A stretch of 64,000 nucleotides of DNA from Carcharhinus longimanus. Taxonomy: Eukaryota. Below the pieces are notes generated by a model, which ran no database searches, was not told the DNA's origin, and saw only the letters and a program-made list of their open reading frames with translations. This document shows, piece by piece, positions 24,016-37,289 of this stretch. Positions within the stretch are counted from its first letter, which is position 1. Every line of letters begins with the position of its first letter. The position numbers and the translations under genes are program-made. The stretch lies in NCBI GenBank assembly GCA_030264375.1, contig JASCQW010000027.1:73979277-74043276 (forward strand). Direction: 5' to 3'.

Positions 24016-26207
24016 GATCCTAAGCATCTAATGACCAATTAGTGGCTGTCTGACTGAAAGGTGGGCAACTAGAGGTGCAAAGGAGGTCTCCGCGATCAAT
24101 TAGAACTGCAGGCTGGGACATCATAATGAACAGGAAGTCAGTCACAGTTACAAGTTTAAGGGATGCCTGGTTTCTGAATGTCTCTTTATTTTTTATTGAA
24201 GGCTCAAAATAGCTCAAAAATAAGATTTTAAAAACACGCAGACGTAGCCACTTTCACCAGCAGAGTCTGTTGCTACATTCAGATATGGTCCCGGTAACAG
24301 GCTTCCACCATCACAGCTGGTGTAAAACACTCCCAAACCTTTTCACAGCTGCCCCTGAAAAATGGAGCAGGCAACAAAAAAAAACAGAAGATTGAATCGT
24401 TCGGAGCTTGTTATTTAGTCATTTCAAAATGGCAGGTGAGCAGCCAATTTGGGCATCCACTTGTCTGAGGTAATTTCAAAGACAGAAATATTGTTGACCC
24501 AACATCGTCACATCCTATTTAATGTTCATGTAGTGGGGCAGCTGCAATTTGCAGGTGCAATGTCAAATCTCTGCACTGTCCAGAGATAATGATGAGGAAC
24601 GGGAACCATAATTGATTTTCTTTTCCTTCCTAACCCAGGTTTCACAGAGCTCAAAATTGTACTGGTGCAATAATTGAGATCACAGTCCAGAAATCAAGGG
24701 GTGATTTGCCTTTCCCACCTGAGCCATCAATGGAGCAGACAGACTGGGACCCAAATATTACAGTCTAGAGAAAAGCCTAAAGAACAGCTAAACAGGTTTG
24801 GAAAACCAAGGGTATAGACTTGGAACCTGACTCTCCCAGGATTTTTTCACGTTTCACGCAGACTTTGAGGGGCTGCTGCTGGATTCTGAAGGGCCCTGAG
24901 TTTGGGTTTCTTCAGCAAATTTCTACATTTACAACACTGAAAGACCTCAGCGAAATTTACATCTGGAACAAGGCTCAATAAAAACTCCCAAGCCTTCACT
25001 GGAATAAAGTAAAAAGGTACAGAGACAACCACTACTAATATATCCTTACAAATTCTGGGGAATCTGGCTTGGTTATACAATTGATTCTGTTTTCCAATTT
25101 TAAAAAAGGTTGTCCAACCTGGTTAAGGACAGGACAGGCATATTTTTTGTAAGGATGGGATTTTCTTCCTCACTGCAATGGTGGCAGACCGATGGTAATA
25201 TGACTTACACTCACTTCCACGCTTGTGACCTAACCCCAGCCACTTCCCTGATGTCAGGCTAGTTCTGGTAAGTTAGATGGTAGTAAGGCTGTATATGCTG
25301 AGATTGAGTGCTTCAGGGGACGGTGGGGAATACATTACTGGAGCATTTCTAAAAATATGAAAAATGTATGTGTGTGAATATACATTGATATATATGTATG
25401 TTAAATATCAGNNNNNNNNNNNNNNNNNNNNNNNNNNNNNACCTGTCCAGTTTTCTGGCATAACTGAGGAGAAATTCAAACTTGGTCTTTCCTGGGGCTG
25501 CCATATGTTCCTGAAAATTTCCAGAATAAAAATAGAATTTGCGTTCTCTCTCTTTTGGGTGGTAAGTTCTACTGAACGTTCCTGTGAAGCCAATTACCGA
25601 ATGTTAATGGCACTGTATAAATTTTGCAGCAGAATGTTGTGCTTGTTCAGCTAGTTTCATACTTAGTAATGATTCCTTTCTCTATCCCTTCAGCTTCCTT
25701 CCCTTTTCTTACATCCTCTAGATTTGGCAGGTGGATAAAACGGCAGGTGGGCCAGGAGGGCTGCAGGGTGAATGGGTGTGGGGGGGTTGGTCTCAGGAGA
25801 CCTATTCCTGACCCCAACCCCCCTGTCGGGTCAAGTCAGGGTGGAGGTCATGGGTACAGGCAGGTGGCCAGGTGAGGAGGGGTGTGGGATATAGTTCAGT
25901 CAAGATGCAGTCAGGTGGTCAGGAGTGTAGTATGGTTTTGGAGGGGTAGTTGGGTAAGGTCAGATGGTAGTCAGGGAGTCCAGAGTTGGTTGGATGTTCA
26001 GGGGCACAATCAGGTGATCCAGAGGGATGACCGGATGATCAGGACAGTAAATTGGGGGGGGTGCAGATTGGATGCGTGGGGTGTTTGTTAGGTGGGGTGG
26101 TAGTTGANNNNNNNNNNNNNNNNNNNNNNNNNNNNNNNNNNNNNNNNNNNNNNNNNNNNNNNNNNNNNNNNNNNNNNNNNNNNNNNNNNNNNNNNNNNNN
26201 NNNNNNN

Positions 26208-26310
26208 ATTATTCCGGCCAAAATGCATCACCTCACATTTATCCGGATTAAACTCCATTTGCCACGTATCTGCCCAATCAACCAACCTATCAATATCCCG
26301 CTGTATTGCC
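26208..26310 (-). mobile_element. CR1 RT fragment
   Basis: DWADTWQMEFNPDKCEVMHFGRNN. Confidence 0.85.
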
Positions 26311-26779
26311 AGACACTGCTCCTCACTGCCTGTGTTGGAGTCAGGTGGGTAGCAAAACTCAAATGAGATTGAAATCTAACTGGATCCAATGTTCAGATTT
26401 CCTGGTTTAATTGAGATGTTTGAGTATGTGCAAGTAATTTATTTTCCATAGTTCGTATGTTCATTGGCACAGGCAGGTTACCAATTTACTTGAGGTGACA
26501 TTAAGTTCATTTTAATGACATTTTTTTGAATTAGCAGCCCCAAAACAGGACTTGAGAAATCCATCAATGAATGGGAATATTCAGATGCAGTTTGAGGTTT
26601 TTAAACTTCATACTGTCAAACTTCAGAAAGGAATTAACTCTTTGTCAGATGCCTTTAGCAGACAGTCATCGTGAATGCAAGGGTTTATGAAATGGATCTC
26701 AGCATGACAGGAGATGTTTCTGACATCACATCAGATGAGGAAGACAGACATCATGTACAGCAGTGATAACATGCTATGC

Positions 26780-27730
26780 AGGAACAACAGACAAGAGGAG
26801 AGCAGGGAGGAGACCACAGTGGGTGAGACCACAGGATGCACTACCCATGTGAGAGGGTGTACAAAGGCTCAGCTTCCTAGACCTTTCTGAAAAACAGTGC
26901 TTCCAAAGACTGAAGAGAATAAAAGAAATTGCTAACATCTGCAGCATCCTTCAAGGAGAGCTGTTCTTTGTTGCACCTGGTGATCATGCATCCCTGTCAC
27001 CATCACAGTCACCATAACCTGTGATTTTTTTGCTTTTTGCTCCTTTAAGAGTACCACCGGCTGCAGACCCAGGGTTTCTCAGTCAGCAGTTCATAAATGT
27101 ATGAAACAGATGATGAATGGATTTTTTTGCCAGGGTGTTGAGTTATGCCAACTTATGACGAAGAGACACAATAGTCAGAATAAGTGAAGGATATTATACC
27201 ACTAATGTAAAGACACTGAAGTGGTTCATGCAGGTCTGTGCCAAGTTCCTCTCAAGCTGTCATGATGCTTTTGTACTGTGGCAATACAACAATTCAAATA
27301 TTTTCATTCCAGTTTTAAGTTTTAAGATTTAAGAGTTGGCTTGAAGCAGTCAAGGAATATACTTTTCAAACTTAGCTCGTGACACCTAAGAGCAACCCTA
27401 GTAATCAGACACGGAAGCATTTCAAGCAGAGCCGTGACAACTCGTTGTGTTGTAGAACAAGCCACTGGCACATTGAAAAAGCGAAAGTACTGGATTCTTC
27501 TTTGCACCTGTCAATTTTTGCTGGCAAGTGTCTCCAAAACGATAGTGATCTGCTGCATCCTAAACAACATTACAAAACAAAAGACATTACAGATGAAGGA
27601 GCACAAAGGCTTTCATCACACATATTTGGAATGGAAACACTGAAGCAGATGGAGAGGCACCCTTCACCGGACCAACTAGGTATTTTGCTTTGCAGGGATG
27701 ACATTGTCGCCAGAAGGTTGAAATAAATAT
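26780..27730 (+). mobile_element. Degenerate PIF/Harbinger transposase
   Basis: RLSFLDLSEKQCFQRLK; VSQSAVHKCMKQ; SSCHDAFVL; LVTPKSNP; TRCVVEQATGTLKKR; IVICCILNN. These are HARBI1-like motifs broken by stops and frameshifts. Confidence 0.75.
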
Positions 27731-28349
27731 TCTGATTATGACAAAAAAGAAAGTCACCACCAGTCCCAGCTGCTGCCCCCAACCGACACCCATTGTTCTC
27801 ACATTTCATGAATCAATCCTTCAACTGCGCATCCTCCCATTCCAGCCATGTACTACCATTCATAATGAATTAAGAGAAAGGGTGAGTCGGCACTCATAAT
27901 GCAAAAATGGTGAAGTTGCAAAAATCGTGGCATGATTAAAAAAGGAAACTTAACAATGACATTTTTTCAAGCATTTATATGCATATCCTCAGTCAATTAC
28001 AATTTCTTTGCCCTTCTTACCAGCTCTGCATGGTGCAACCTCAGCTGATTTAGCAGAGGTTACTCAGATCCTTCCTTTAACTACCAAGGAGCTTTTGGCC
28101 TACGTTCATTGGGCTTTTCTTTGAGCTCTCCAAGCTATTATTGATTCCATAAGTGATCTACCAAAGATTGCTTTGCCTGCACCTATGCAGGGGCAGACTC
28201 AGTCAAAGGACAAAAAGACTGGAATATTTGGCTACGTTGAAGTTGTTTAACAAGAGAAATACCAATGAAAACATTTGAAACCAAATCACAGAAGAAAATT
28301 ACAGGACTTGTAACCAAAAGCTTAGTCAAAGAGGCAGATTTTGAAAAGT

Positions 28350-28622
28350 TTAAAGTTTATTTATTAGTGTCACAAGTAGGCTTACATGAACACTGCAATT
28401 AAGTTACTGTGAAAATCCCCCAGTCGCCGCACTCTGGCGCCTGTTCGTATACACTGAGGGAGAATTTGGCTTGGCTGATGCACCTAACCAGTACATCTTT
28501 GGAGAAAGTCCACGCAGACACAGGGAGAATGTACAAATTCCACACAGGCAGTGACCCAAACTGGGAATTGAACCCGTGTCCTTAGTGCTGTGAAGCAGCA
28601 GTGCTAACCACCGTGCCGCCAT
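28350..28622 (-). mobile_element. V-SINE variant
   Basis: Reverse of the 21233 type, ending cagtgctaaccaccgtgccgcc. Confidence 0.85.
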
Positions 28623-30270
28623 GCTGACCCAATTGCCGGTATGGTTAAAGAGGATCACTGACCGAAATTTGTTACAGACCTCATATACGCAGGCTCAGCA
28701 TGCCTTGGGGACAACCAGCCTACTTTGCTCGCTTGCATTCTCTGAGGATGTAACAGTGTCATTGGTTAAGAAGACTGTGAAGTATGGTTTCCTATCGAGG
28801 AACTTTGGGGTAATAGTTTAAGCTGATGGCAAGGGACTAACTTCAGTTGGTCATCTGACTTGGGTGAAGTTTTTGGGGTAGGCTATATGTGTTGTTTCAC
28901 ATGTGTAATTGTTTGTAAACCCCTGTGTTATGTATTTGTTGCTGAAAACCTTTAAATAAATTGTTTCCCAAAAAATGCATATTTGTCCAAAGTTCTATGA
29001 AATTGCATTTATTTAGGTCAGATCCTGAGAGGTTTGTCTATGTGCCAGCTCCTGTCACCATGTTAAATCTAGCTCTGCATTCCAGGAACAGAATTATAAA
29101 TTCGGTTTTTGGAATTCATGGTTCTTTCTTCTTAAGATGGCACAAGCATATTTAAGGAAGTCTTGCATTTATGTACATCTATTCTCTCAGAAATGCTTCA
29201 CAGTTCTTTGCCAGGAACAAATTTGAACTTGGGTGCCTGCAACAAAAGCACTTATAAAGGTATTTGAACACATTGCAGCCTGCATCAACATAGCAAAGCT
29301 AGAAAAAAAATCATACCTCAGGCAAAATAGCTTTCTCATGCACACTCCTGTCATAAGAGCATTTACACAAGGTACCAGCCATCAGATTCAGACTGGTTAC
29401 TTACATAGAGCTTTGATTTGTTCAAATAAAAGTCTTAGAAAAATGGATTTTGGAATGGAAAAGATAAATATAAACTGTGGGAGTTGAGCGAGGGAACGCA
29501 GGTTTAAACCAGTAAATGGAAGTTTCGAACAGATGTCTGGAGGTGCTTTGCAGAGAGTGATCAACATGGAAACAGAATTTGAGATAGAGCAACAATGGGG
29601 ATACAAGGTAATTTGAGATGGTGTATTCAGATAGGCTGAGTGGTCTTCCTCATGCAATATGAGTCTTGACATGTTGATATAGTGAACAATCATTATGGAT
29701 ACACTTGATTGGAATGGTAATGACGATCACAGACCATAACCTTGAAACATTAATGTTATGCTCACTAACATCATCATTTTTCCATTAAAAGCATATGTAG
29801 GAGTATTTAGTAGTTGTCCACACACAGAGGAGCTGGTCTTCAGGGATTTCCCAAAGTCAGTCAGTCTGTTTAATACCCCTTTCCTTAAATATTTTTTCCC
29901 TTTCATCTCAGGTTCCATAGCCCTCAAACATGTATTTGAACTTAAGTTTTCTAAATATGAAAATCTGTCATGTTTTCTATCTGCCTCTACTTTTGGATCA
30001 ATAAAATTTAACACATCTTCCCCTGTTTACTCATGAAACTTTTAAGATGTTCTTGTTGCCTCTAAACTCCCTTTTGAAATTCAAGGGCTGAAAACCCAAG
30101 TTTCCTACTTAACTCATAATGCAAGTTTTGGAATCAATTTACTAACTTGTAAACCAAAGGCATCTTAACCTCTCATTACTCACCACCTAATACATTTAAC
30201 CTTTCATCTCTTAAATCTCACAGACAACCTATCACAACTGACTTTCCCTCTGTTTAGTTAACCGTGAGGT

Positions 30271-30273
<3 letters not shown>

Positions 30274-30308
<35 letters not shown>
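30274..30308 (+). repeat. (AC)n microsatellite
   Basis: Perfect dinucleotide run of ~17 units. Confidence 0.97.
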
Positions 30309-30309
<1 letters not shown>

Positions 30310-30469
30310 TCATTACTCAGCACTGAATCTAGCATGGCCTTTGGACTTGTTAGTTCTAAAAAAAATGATCCAGAGAATTGTACCAAACATATTTTTGAAA
30401 TGCAGGGTCGAGGTGCAGGGAGGGGTTAAATGTTATAAGAAAGGGACTTGCAGTTGGAGCTGCACTTGC

Positions 30470-31370
30470 CCAGATAAGTGGATAGTATTCCATCACATTC
30501 CTGACTTGGTGCTTTGCAAATGGTATACAGGCTTCAGGGAGTCAGGAAGTGTGTTACTCATCACAGAATTCCAAATCTCTGACCTGCTCTTGTAGCCACA
30601 GTATTAATATTGCTGTTACAGTTCTATTTCTGGTCAATGGTAACCCAATGTTGTTGATAACGACAGATTCGGAGATGGTAATATATTTGAATGTCATGGG
30701 GGGAAAGGTTAGATTCCCCCTTCTTTGAGATGGTCATTGCCTGGCACTTGTGTGGCATAAATGTAACTCGTTGCTTATCAGTCCAAGCCTGAATGCTGTC
30801 CAGGTCTTGCTGCATATGGACATGGACTGCTTTGGTATCTGAGGAGTCACAAATAGTGCTGAACATCGTGCAATCATCAACAAACATCCCCAGTTCAAAC
30901 TATATGAAGGCAGGATGGTCATTGATGAACAGCTGAAGGTGGTACCACACCATGCTGTGGAACTCCTGCAGTGATGTCCTAGAACTGAGATGTTTGACCT
31001 CCAACAACAACAACCATCTTCCTTTAACCAATGGAGAATTTCCCCCTGATTATTGACTCTGGTTTTGCTCCTTGATGCCACACTTGGTTAAATGTTGTCT
31101 TGGTATCAAGGGCTACCACCCTCACCTCACCTCTGGAGTTCGGCTGTTTTGTCTTTTTTTGAACCAATGCTGTGATGAAGTTAGCAGCTGGGCGACCCTG
31201 GGGAATCCAACTGAGCGTCAGTGAGTAGGTTATTGCTGAGTAAGTGCCACTTGATAGCACCATCGATTATACGTGTCACTTTGCTGATGACTGACAGCAA
31301 ACTGACGACACCATAATTGGCTGGGCTGGATTTGTCTTGCTTTTTGTCGACAGGGCATACCTGGGAATTT
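30470..31370 (-). mobile_element. CR1-like LINE RT region (second family)
   Basis: GEVRVVALD.K.TFNQVWHQG; MFVDDCTMFSTI...MQQDLDSIQAW...FMPHKCQAMTISK. Confidence 0.85.
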
Positions 31371-31489
31371 TAACAGGTTTTGGAATTAGTTTGCAGATTT
31401 CATTTATGAGAAATTAATTTAGCACTTGATTATCACATTTCTGCTTTATATTTACGTTGCTGGATGTTCCAGGGCCAGAGATTCTTTTG

Positions 31490-32290
31490 TATAAGAGGAA
31501 AATACTGCAGATGCTGGAGATGTGAAATGAAGATAAAAAATGCTGCTGATACTCAGCAGATCTAGCGGCACCAATTGAGACAAAAACAAATTGAACGTTT
31601 CAGGTTGATCACCCCCTCATCAGGACTGGAAGTAACTCAAAATATAACAGTTTTAGGTAAAATGGATAGGCAAAGAAAGGACAATAAGAAAGGTCTGTGA
31701 TAGGTTGGAAGATCAGAGCGATTAAATTACAAAAAGAATGACAGTGAAAGGCAAAATCAGATGGTCATAACACAGATAAGGAAACATAATTTCACAGCCT
31801 CGCTCGAGTGAAACCAGAAATTCTCGCCCAAGGTCAATGGACATTTCTATTGTTCACCCCTCGCCTGCTCTGATTCCGTGCCGGGCGAGGCAGTAGAATT
31901 CCAGTAAAGATGTATTGTACAGGAAGTGTAATTGGGAAGGCAGAATCACCAACATCCAAAAAAAAAGGAGGTATTATCATCTGAAATTGCTGATCAATGT
32001 CTGATCTGGAAGGCTGTAGAAACATAGAAGATAGGAGCAGGAGGAGGCCTTCGAGCCTGTTCTGCCATTCATTACAATCATGGCTGATTGTCCAACTCAA
32101 AAGCCTAATCCTGCTTTTTCCCCATAACCTTTGATCCCATTCGCACCAAGTGCTACAGAAACTGTAAAGTGCCTAAACAAAAGATGAGGTGTTGTTGCTC
32201 AAGCTGCTGCTCACTTTCATTGTAAAGGTGTAGGAAGTCAAGGACAGGAAGGTCAGAGTGAGAGTGCAGTAACAGGCAGTCAGAAGTTCA
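31490..32290 (-). mobile_element. Penelope-like element 3' part, interrupted by a MITE and a CR1 tail
   Basis: Minus reads LEQQHLIFCLGTL|QPSRSDID (GIY-YIG C-terminus, cf. LEEQHLIFRLGTLQPxGLN) across a CR1 tail at ~32016-32158; terminal repeat with ctgatga...gaaacgtt. Confidence 0.7.
31788..31903 (+). mobile_element. GC-rich MITE (Harbinger-like non-autonomous)
   Basis: Same family as 42309-42433 and 53515-53639 (aggtcaatggac...ctctgattcc). Confidence 0.65.
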
Positions 32291-32394
32291 GTGTTATGCT
32301 TGTGGACTGACAAAGGAAGAATGAGGATGATGAGGAGAATGAGGACAATGGCACGGAATTCAAGGAGAGAAATGGTGAGGTTATTGAGCAAATT

Positions 32395-32628
32395 GGTATG
32401 GGGAGGATAAGATATTGGAGGTGTTGGCAGTCTTAGAAGTGGATAAATCTTCAGGTCCTGATGAATTATGCCCTAAGCTGCTGTGGGAGGCAAGGGGGGA
32501 GATTGCAGGGGCTCTGACCCAAGGTTTCAATTCCTCTCTGGCCATGGGGGAGCTACCAAATGATTGGAGAACAGCTGATGTCATTCCACTATTTAAGAAG
32601 AGTTGTACAAATAAACCAGGGAATGACA
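32395..32628 (+). mobile_element. CR1 ORF2 fragment
   Basis: DKSSGPDELCPKLLWEARGEIAGAL...DWRTADVIPLFKK...KPGN. Confidence 0.88.
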
Positions 32629-33389
32629 NNNNNNNNNNNNNNNNNNNNNNNNNNNNNNNNNNNNNNNNNNNNNNNNNNNNNNNNNNNNNNNNNNNNNNNN
32701 NNNNNNNNNNNNNNNNNNNNNNNNNNNNNNNNNNNNNNNNNNNNNNNNNNNNNNNNNNNNNNNNNNNNNNNNNNNNNNNNNNNNNNNNNNNNNNNNNNNN
32801 NNNNNNNNNNNNNNNNNNNNNNNNNNNNNNNNNNNNNNNNNNNNNNNNNNNNNNNNNNNNNNNNNNNNNNNNNNNNNNNNNNNNNNNNNNNNNNNNNNNN
32901 NNNNNNNNNNNNNNNNNNNNNNNNNNNNNNNNNNNNNNNNNNNNNNNNNNNNNNNNNNNNNNNNNNNNNNNNNNNNNNNNNNNNNNNNNNNNNNNNNNNN
33001 NNNNNNNNNNNNNNNNNNNNNNNNNNNNNNNNNNNNNNNNNNNNNNNNNNNNNNNNNNNNNNNNNNNNNNNNNNNNNNNNNNNNNNNNNNNNNNNNNNNN
33101 NNNNNNNNNNNNNNNNNNNNNNNNNNNNNNNNNNNNNNNNNNNNNNNNNNNNNNNNNNNNNNNNNNNNNNNNNNNNNNNNNNNNNNNNNNNNNNNNNNNN
33201 NNNNNNNNNNNNNNNNNNNNNNNNNNNNNNNNNNNNNNNNNNNNNNNNNNNNNNNNNNNNNNNNNNNNNNNNNNNNNNNNNNNNNNNNNNNNNNNNNNNN
33301 NNNNNNNNNNNNNNNNNNNNNNNNNNNNNNNNNNNNNNNNNNNNNNNNNNNNNNNNNNNNNNNNNNNNNNNNNNNNNNNNNNNNNNCCT

Positions 33390-34262
33390 AACCAGATGAA
33401 GCAGCTGCAGCTCCAGGCCGGGGTGCAGAGGTTCAGACATGGACTGCATGGAATCTGTGGTCACTGGGCAACACATCTGGTACTGCTTTGCAGTCCGTCC
33501 CTGTCCTGTGACACAGACCAGCCACACATACCTGTAACAGATGCTGCATTTGCACACATAGCAATGGCTCAATGGTACACATTGCCCACAGCTGCACGCC
33601 AACCTGCATAATCTGTGCCAGCATTTGTCATGATCTGAATCTCACACAACCCTAATCATGCCATGTATGGCATCATGGATTGTGTGGGTTGCCAGCACTC
33701 ACGAGTGGGGGTACTGGCCCAAGTAAGAGAGTGGGGTGGTGCTGGCTGTATGCAGCCAATGATAATAATCCGTCATCCTATGTTCTTTCCAAAGCCCACT
33801 GTGCAGATGGATCTAGGTTTGCTCAATCTGGAGCTGGCCATATTGGTGGCAGCTGGGGTGGAGGAGGAAGAGGAGGTGGCAGCTCAGGAGGTGAAGAGGG
33901 TAGCTGTTTCATCTGGTTAGGCCTCAATCAAGACATGGTGCACTCCTCCCCCATCCCAGAACACCAGCACTCAGGTGAGTCCCTGACGACACCCCACAGC
34001 AAGACAATGCCACTGCAAAGTGCCCTGGAGAAGAGAGGTCAGTAGGCTACCTCCCACACGGAGCTATAGCGCTGCACTGGAGGGGAAGAATGAGCAGAAC
34101 TCCTTGAAGATGCCTCCCACACTGAACTACAGCGCTGCCCTGGAGGGGAAAGGTGAGTAGTGCTCCTTCATGGGAGTGAAGGTTGTGGCTACCCTGAATT
34201 TGTATGCCTCCGGCTCATTTCAGGTACCCAGTGGTGACCTAGTTGGGATCTCCCAGGCCTTC
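33390..34262 (+). mobile_element. Harbinger-like element remnant with internal ~64-bp tandem repeat
   Basis: Ends in VKVVATLNLYASGSFQVPSGDLVGISQA (~34176-34260), the Harbinger transposase HTH motif. Confidence 0.6.
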
Positions 34263-34911
34263 ACTAAAGGATGTTGCTGAACTATTAACTGTTTGTGCAG
34301 CTCCATTTTGAAAAGGGCCCCCTTCCAGGTGACCATCATGGAACCTCTTACGACTGATGTTCTGAGTGGTTTAGGCCACTTGGCCTCTTGATCCATATAT
34401 TTTTTGTTACCCTCTTGGTCAGCATATATGATATTCTTTTTGGTTCCTCTCTACTGACTATTAGTTTTCTATTGGCTTTTTATATTTTTGTCATAAGTTC
34501 TTCTGAGCTTTAAAGTTATTTTGAGGTTATTAGGCACGTGATATAATCCTTTATGATTTCTTGGTTTTTGGTCTTAAGGGAAATTTTCTTTCCACCTACC
34601 TCAAAATAGATCTTTAAAAATTCAGCTTTTCTTCTATAGTTTCTTTGGGAAGTGGTAGGGTGGAGGGCACTTAGTAGAACTGCCCTTGTTGTTTTGAGTT
34701 GTTAACATTGTTCTCCAAATATATCCATAAATAGATCTGTTATATTTTGGAACCAATTAATTTTACTTCCTAATTTTTCCACATTTTTAATTTCTTAAAA
34801 TATAAATTCTGAAGTCAAACTGCCTGATAACTATGTTATTTTGCTCAGAATTATCTGGAAACGTGAAAGCACTGGAAATTTAAGGAAGAGATAACTAAAC
34901 TACTCAACTTT

Positions 34912-35147
34912 GTAACAAAAACAGAGAATGCTGGAAAATCTTAGCAGATCTGGCAGCATCTGTGGACAGAGAAAAGAGCCAGCCTTTTGAGTGAGGATGA
35001 CTCTTCATGCACTGACAAAGGGTCACTCAGACTTAATACATTAGCTCAATTCTCTCTCCACAGATGCTGTCAGACCTGCTGAAATTTTCCAGCATTTTTT
35101 ATTTTTTGTTTCAGATTCCTGCATCTGCAGTAATTTGCTTTTATGTT
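34912..35147. mobile_element. Inverted pair of Penelope-like terminal repeats
   Basis: aacaaaaacagagaatgctggaaaat...cagcatctgtgg and its inverse ccacagatgctg...attttccagcatt. Confidence 0.75.
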
Positions 35148-36099
35148 AAACTTTGTAGTCTTGTCCAGGGTCATTTGCAACTCGATAAAATAGAATGAGT
35201 CATGGAATTGCCTTGAGAAGGAATGTATAGCCATAGTGCTTTTTACTGGTTTCAGGCTAACAGAATGTGAAGTGCAGTTGGTAAACTTCGATAAACTGCT
35301 GACTGGTTCTTAACTGCATGCATGATTGCACTGTTTTGGCTCATATATTTTAATGTTAGAAGAATATAGACATTAGCAGTAAAGTACCTGTGCAGTAAGT
35401 TAATAACATACCCATTAGTTCCAATGGATTACATTAACGCTTATTAAAACTATCTTCATGCTGCTGTTGAGTCAGACTCCACATATTTCTTAGCCCAAGT
35501 GTTCACAAGTGACCATCTACAACAGAGCACTTCACTTTAGTGCATGCCAGAAATAAAGTGCATTTTTGTAATTGTTTTGCATTGATTAAATGTTGACGTA
35601 CTTTGCATCAATTGGATAATTATAGTGTAACTGAAGTCTGTAAACTCATTCTGATAGGCTAATGGAAAGTAAAAGCGTTGATCTGTAACAGACCTAGAAG
35701 TGGAAAGCACAGGTGCAACAGTGACTAAAGCAATGGATTTAGTAGCAAAAGGACTTTACAATGGTATGAGCAGAATGATTTTAATTAACAATTTGAAATT
35801 CACTGCAAAAACAATTATGTTGAAACATCTTATTTTCTGTCATGTATTTTTCACTTGTATTGCATCTTATTATTTATGAGTAATGAATTTCTTCACTGGG
35901 ATATTAGTCCATCAAGTTTCAACTCATCAAGATTCCATAGATCCAGCAGTGCAATGTTACATCCCTCAGCTACTATTCACACACTCTTTTCATGAAAGAA
36001 TGATTTAAAACTTTAAATGAATTCAAGTCGCTGTGGATTTGTTGATTTTAGGCTACCTGTATAAAACCTACTTTTTCTGTCCAAATCATTATATGTTAA

Positions 36100-36205
36100 T
36101 TAAAAACTGAAAAAGATGGATAAACTCAGCTGTTCTGACAGCATCTGTGTAGAGAGAAACAGAGTTAACCTTTCAAGTCCATGTGACTCTTCTTCAGAAC
36201 TGGTT
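36100..36205 (-). mobile_element. Penelope-like terminal repeat with hammerhead-like core
   Basis: Minus: agttCTGAAGAagagtcacatggacttGAAAggttaact. Confidence 0.7.
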
Positions 36206-37289
36206 CTTTTGAACTTCAACAGAATAATATGTCAATATTATGAGCAAGCAACATGGATCTTTAGCTGGATATAATTAACTACAATCCTTAGGGTGAATTC
36301 AGATGATATCAAATCAGACTCAATTCAGTTTTACTGCAATATTATTTTCCTTGGTAATATCAATCATCTATTTTGTATAATTAGTGCCCATTCAAGAACA
36401 CGAGTGTCACTCCAAGGTAATGTTTCTTGCATTTTCATTTAATTACAAGGACAATTTGCTTGTGCATGTGCATCAATCTGGTCACTTCAAAATTATTGCA
36501 CTGTCGTGAAATTTTTTAACAAGGAAGTTGTTTCTATGCAAAAGCCATTTGTCCATTCAGTCCAAGTGGAAGAATATTGGTTGCAGTTCTGTAAAGCACT
36601 TCAGTCAATTTTGAGCACAGGACAGGGGTGGAACCTGAAAAGCTTATTGTCAAACCGTACATGTACCATTACATTACAACTGTAGTATTTCCATTATACC
36701 AGGAGCAAACAGTGATTCAAGCAGGGAAAACAAAACAAATTTAAAAATGTATAATAGAAGTAGATTTTCCTTAACATCAGGGACATTGGTGCTAAATGTT
36801 AGAAATATTCAGGAGTTCTGATGAAAAGTGTGACAAGTGCAAGGTTTTGTAAGATACTTATGTTTTAAACTATCTTTTTAATTCAAGCTAAAATGAAACA
36901 AGGAAGGGTGTAATGTGGGTTGTTGTTGTAAGTTCTGCCCAACAACAAGCTTGTGTGGCTTGATTACCATGGAGACCAAGGGCCTAGGATGAGTGTTGTT
37001 AAATATTGTTTTTCACACCTTAAAAGCAAAGGCAGAATCAGGTAATCTTTTGACTGCAGCCTCTGAGCCAGATTTCCACAGTCAGGCTGACATGAGAGAC
37101 TTTTAAAAATGATGGCCAGGACTCAATTCTGGGATTCCCGCCCCATTCTTGGAGCTAGTAATTTTCATGAGCATGGGATAAGGGTGTTGGTAGTGAGCCT
37201 GCATCTTAAAAAAAACTCACACTCGAGTTCTGGAACCTTATTATAGTGTCTATCAGCCAGAGCCAATATAGCAACAATAACAGAACAGG

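Noticed and set aside
32415-33611. 398-, 337- and 279-aa ORFs
   Set aside because: Artefacts of translating across a long N gap; the same applies at 19354-19886.
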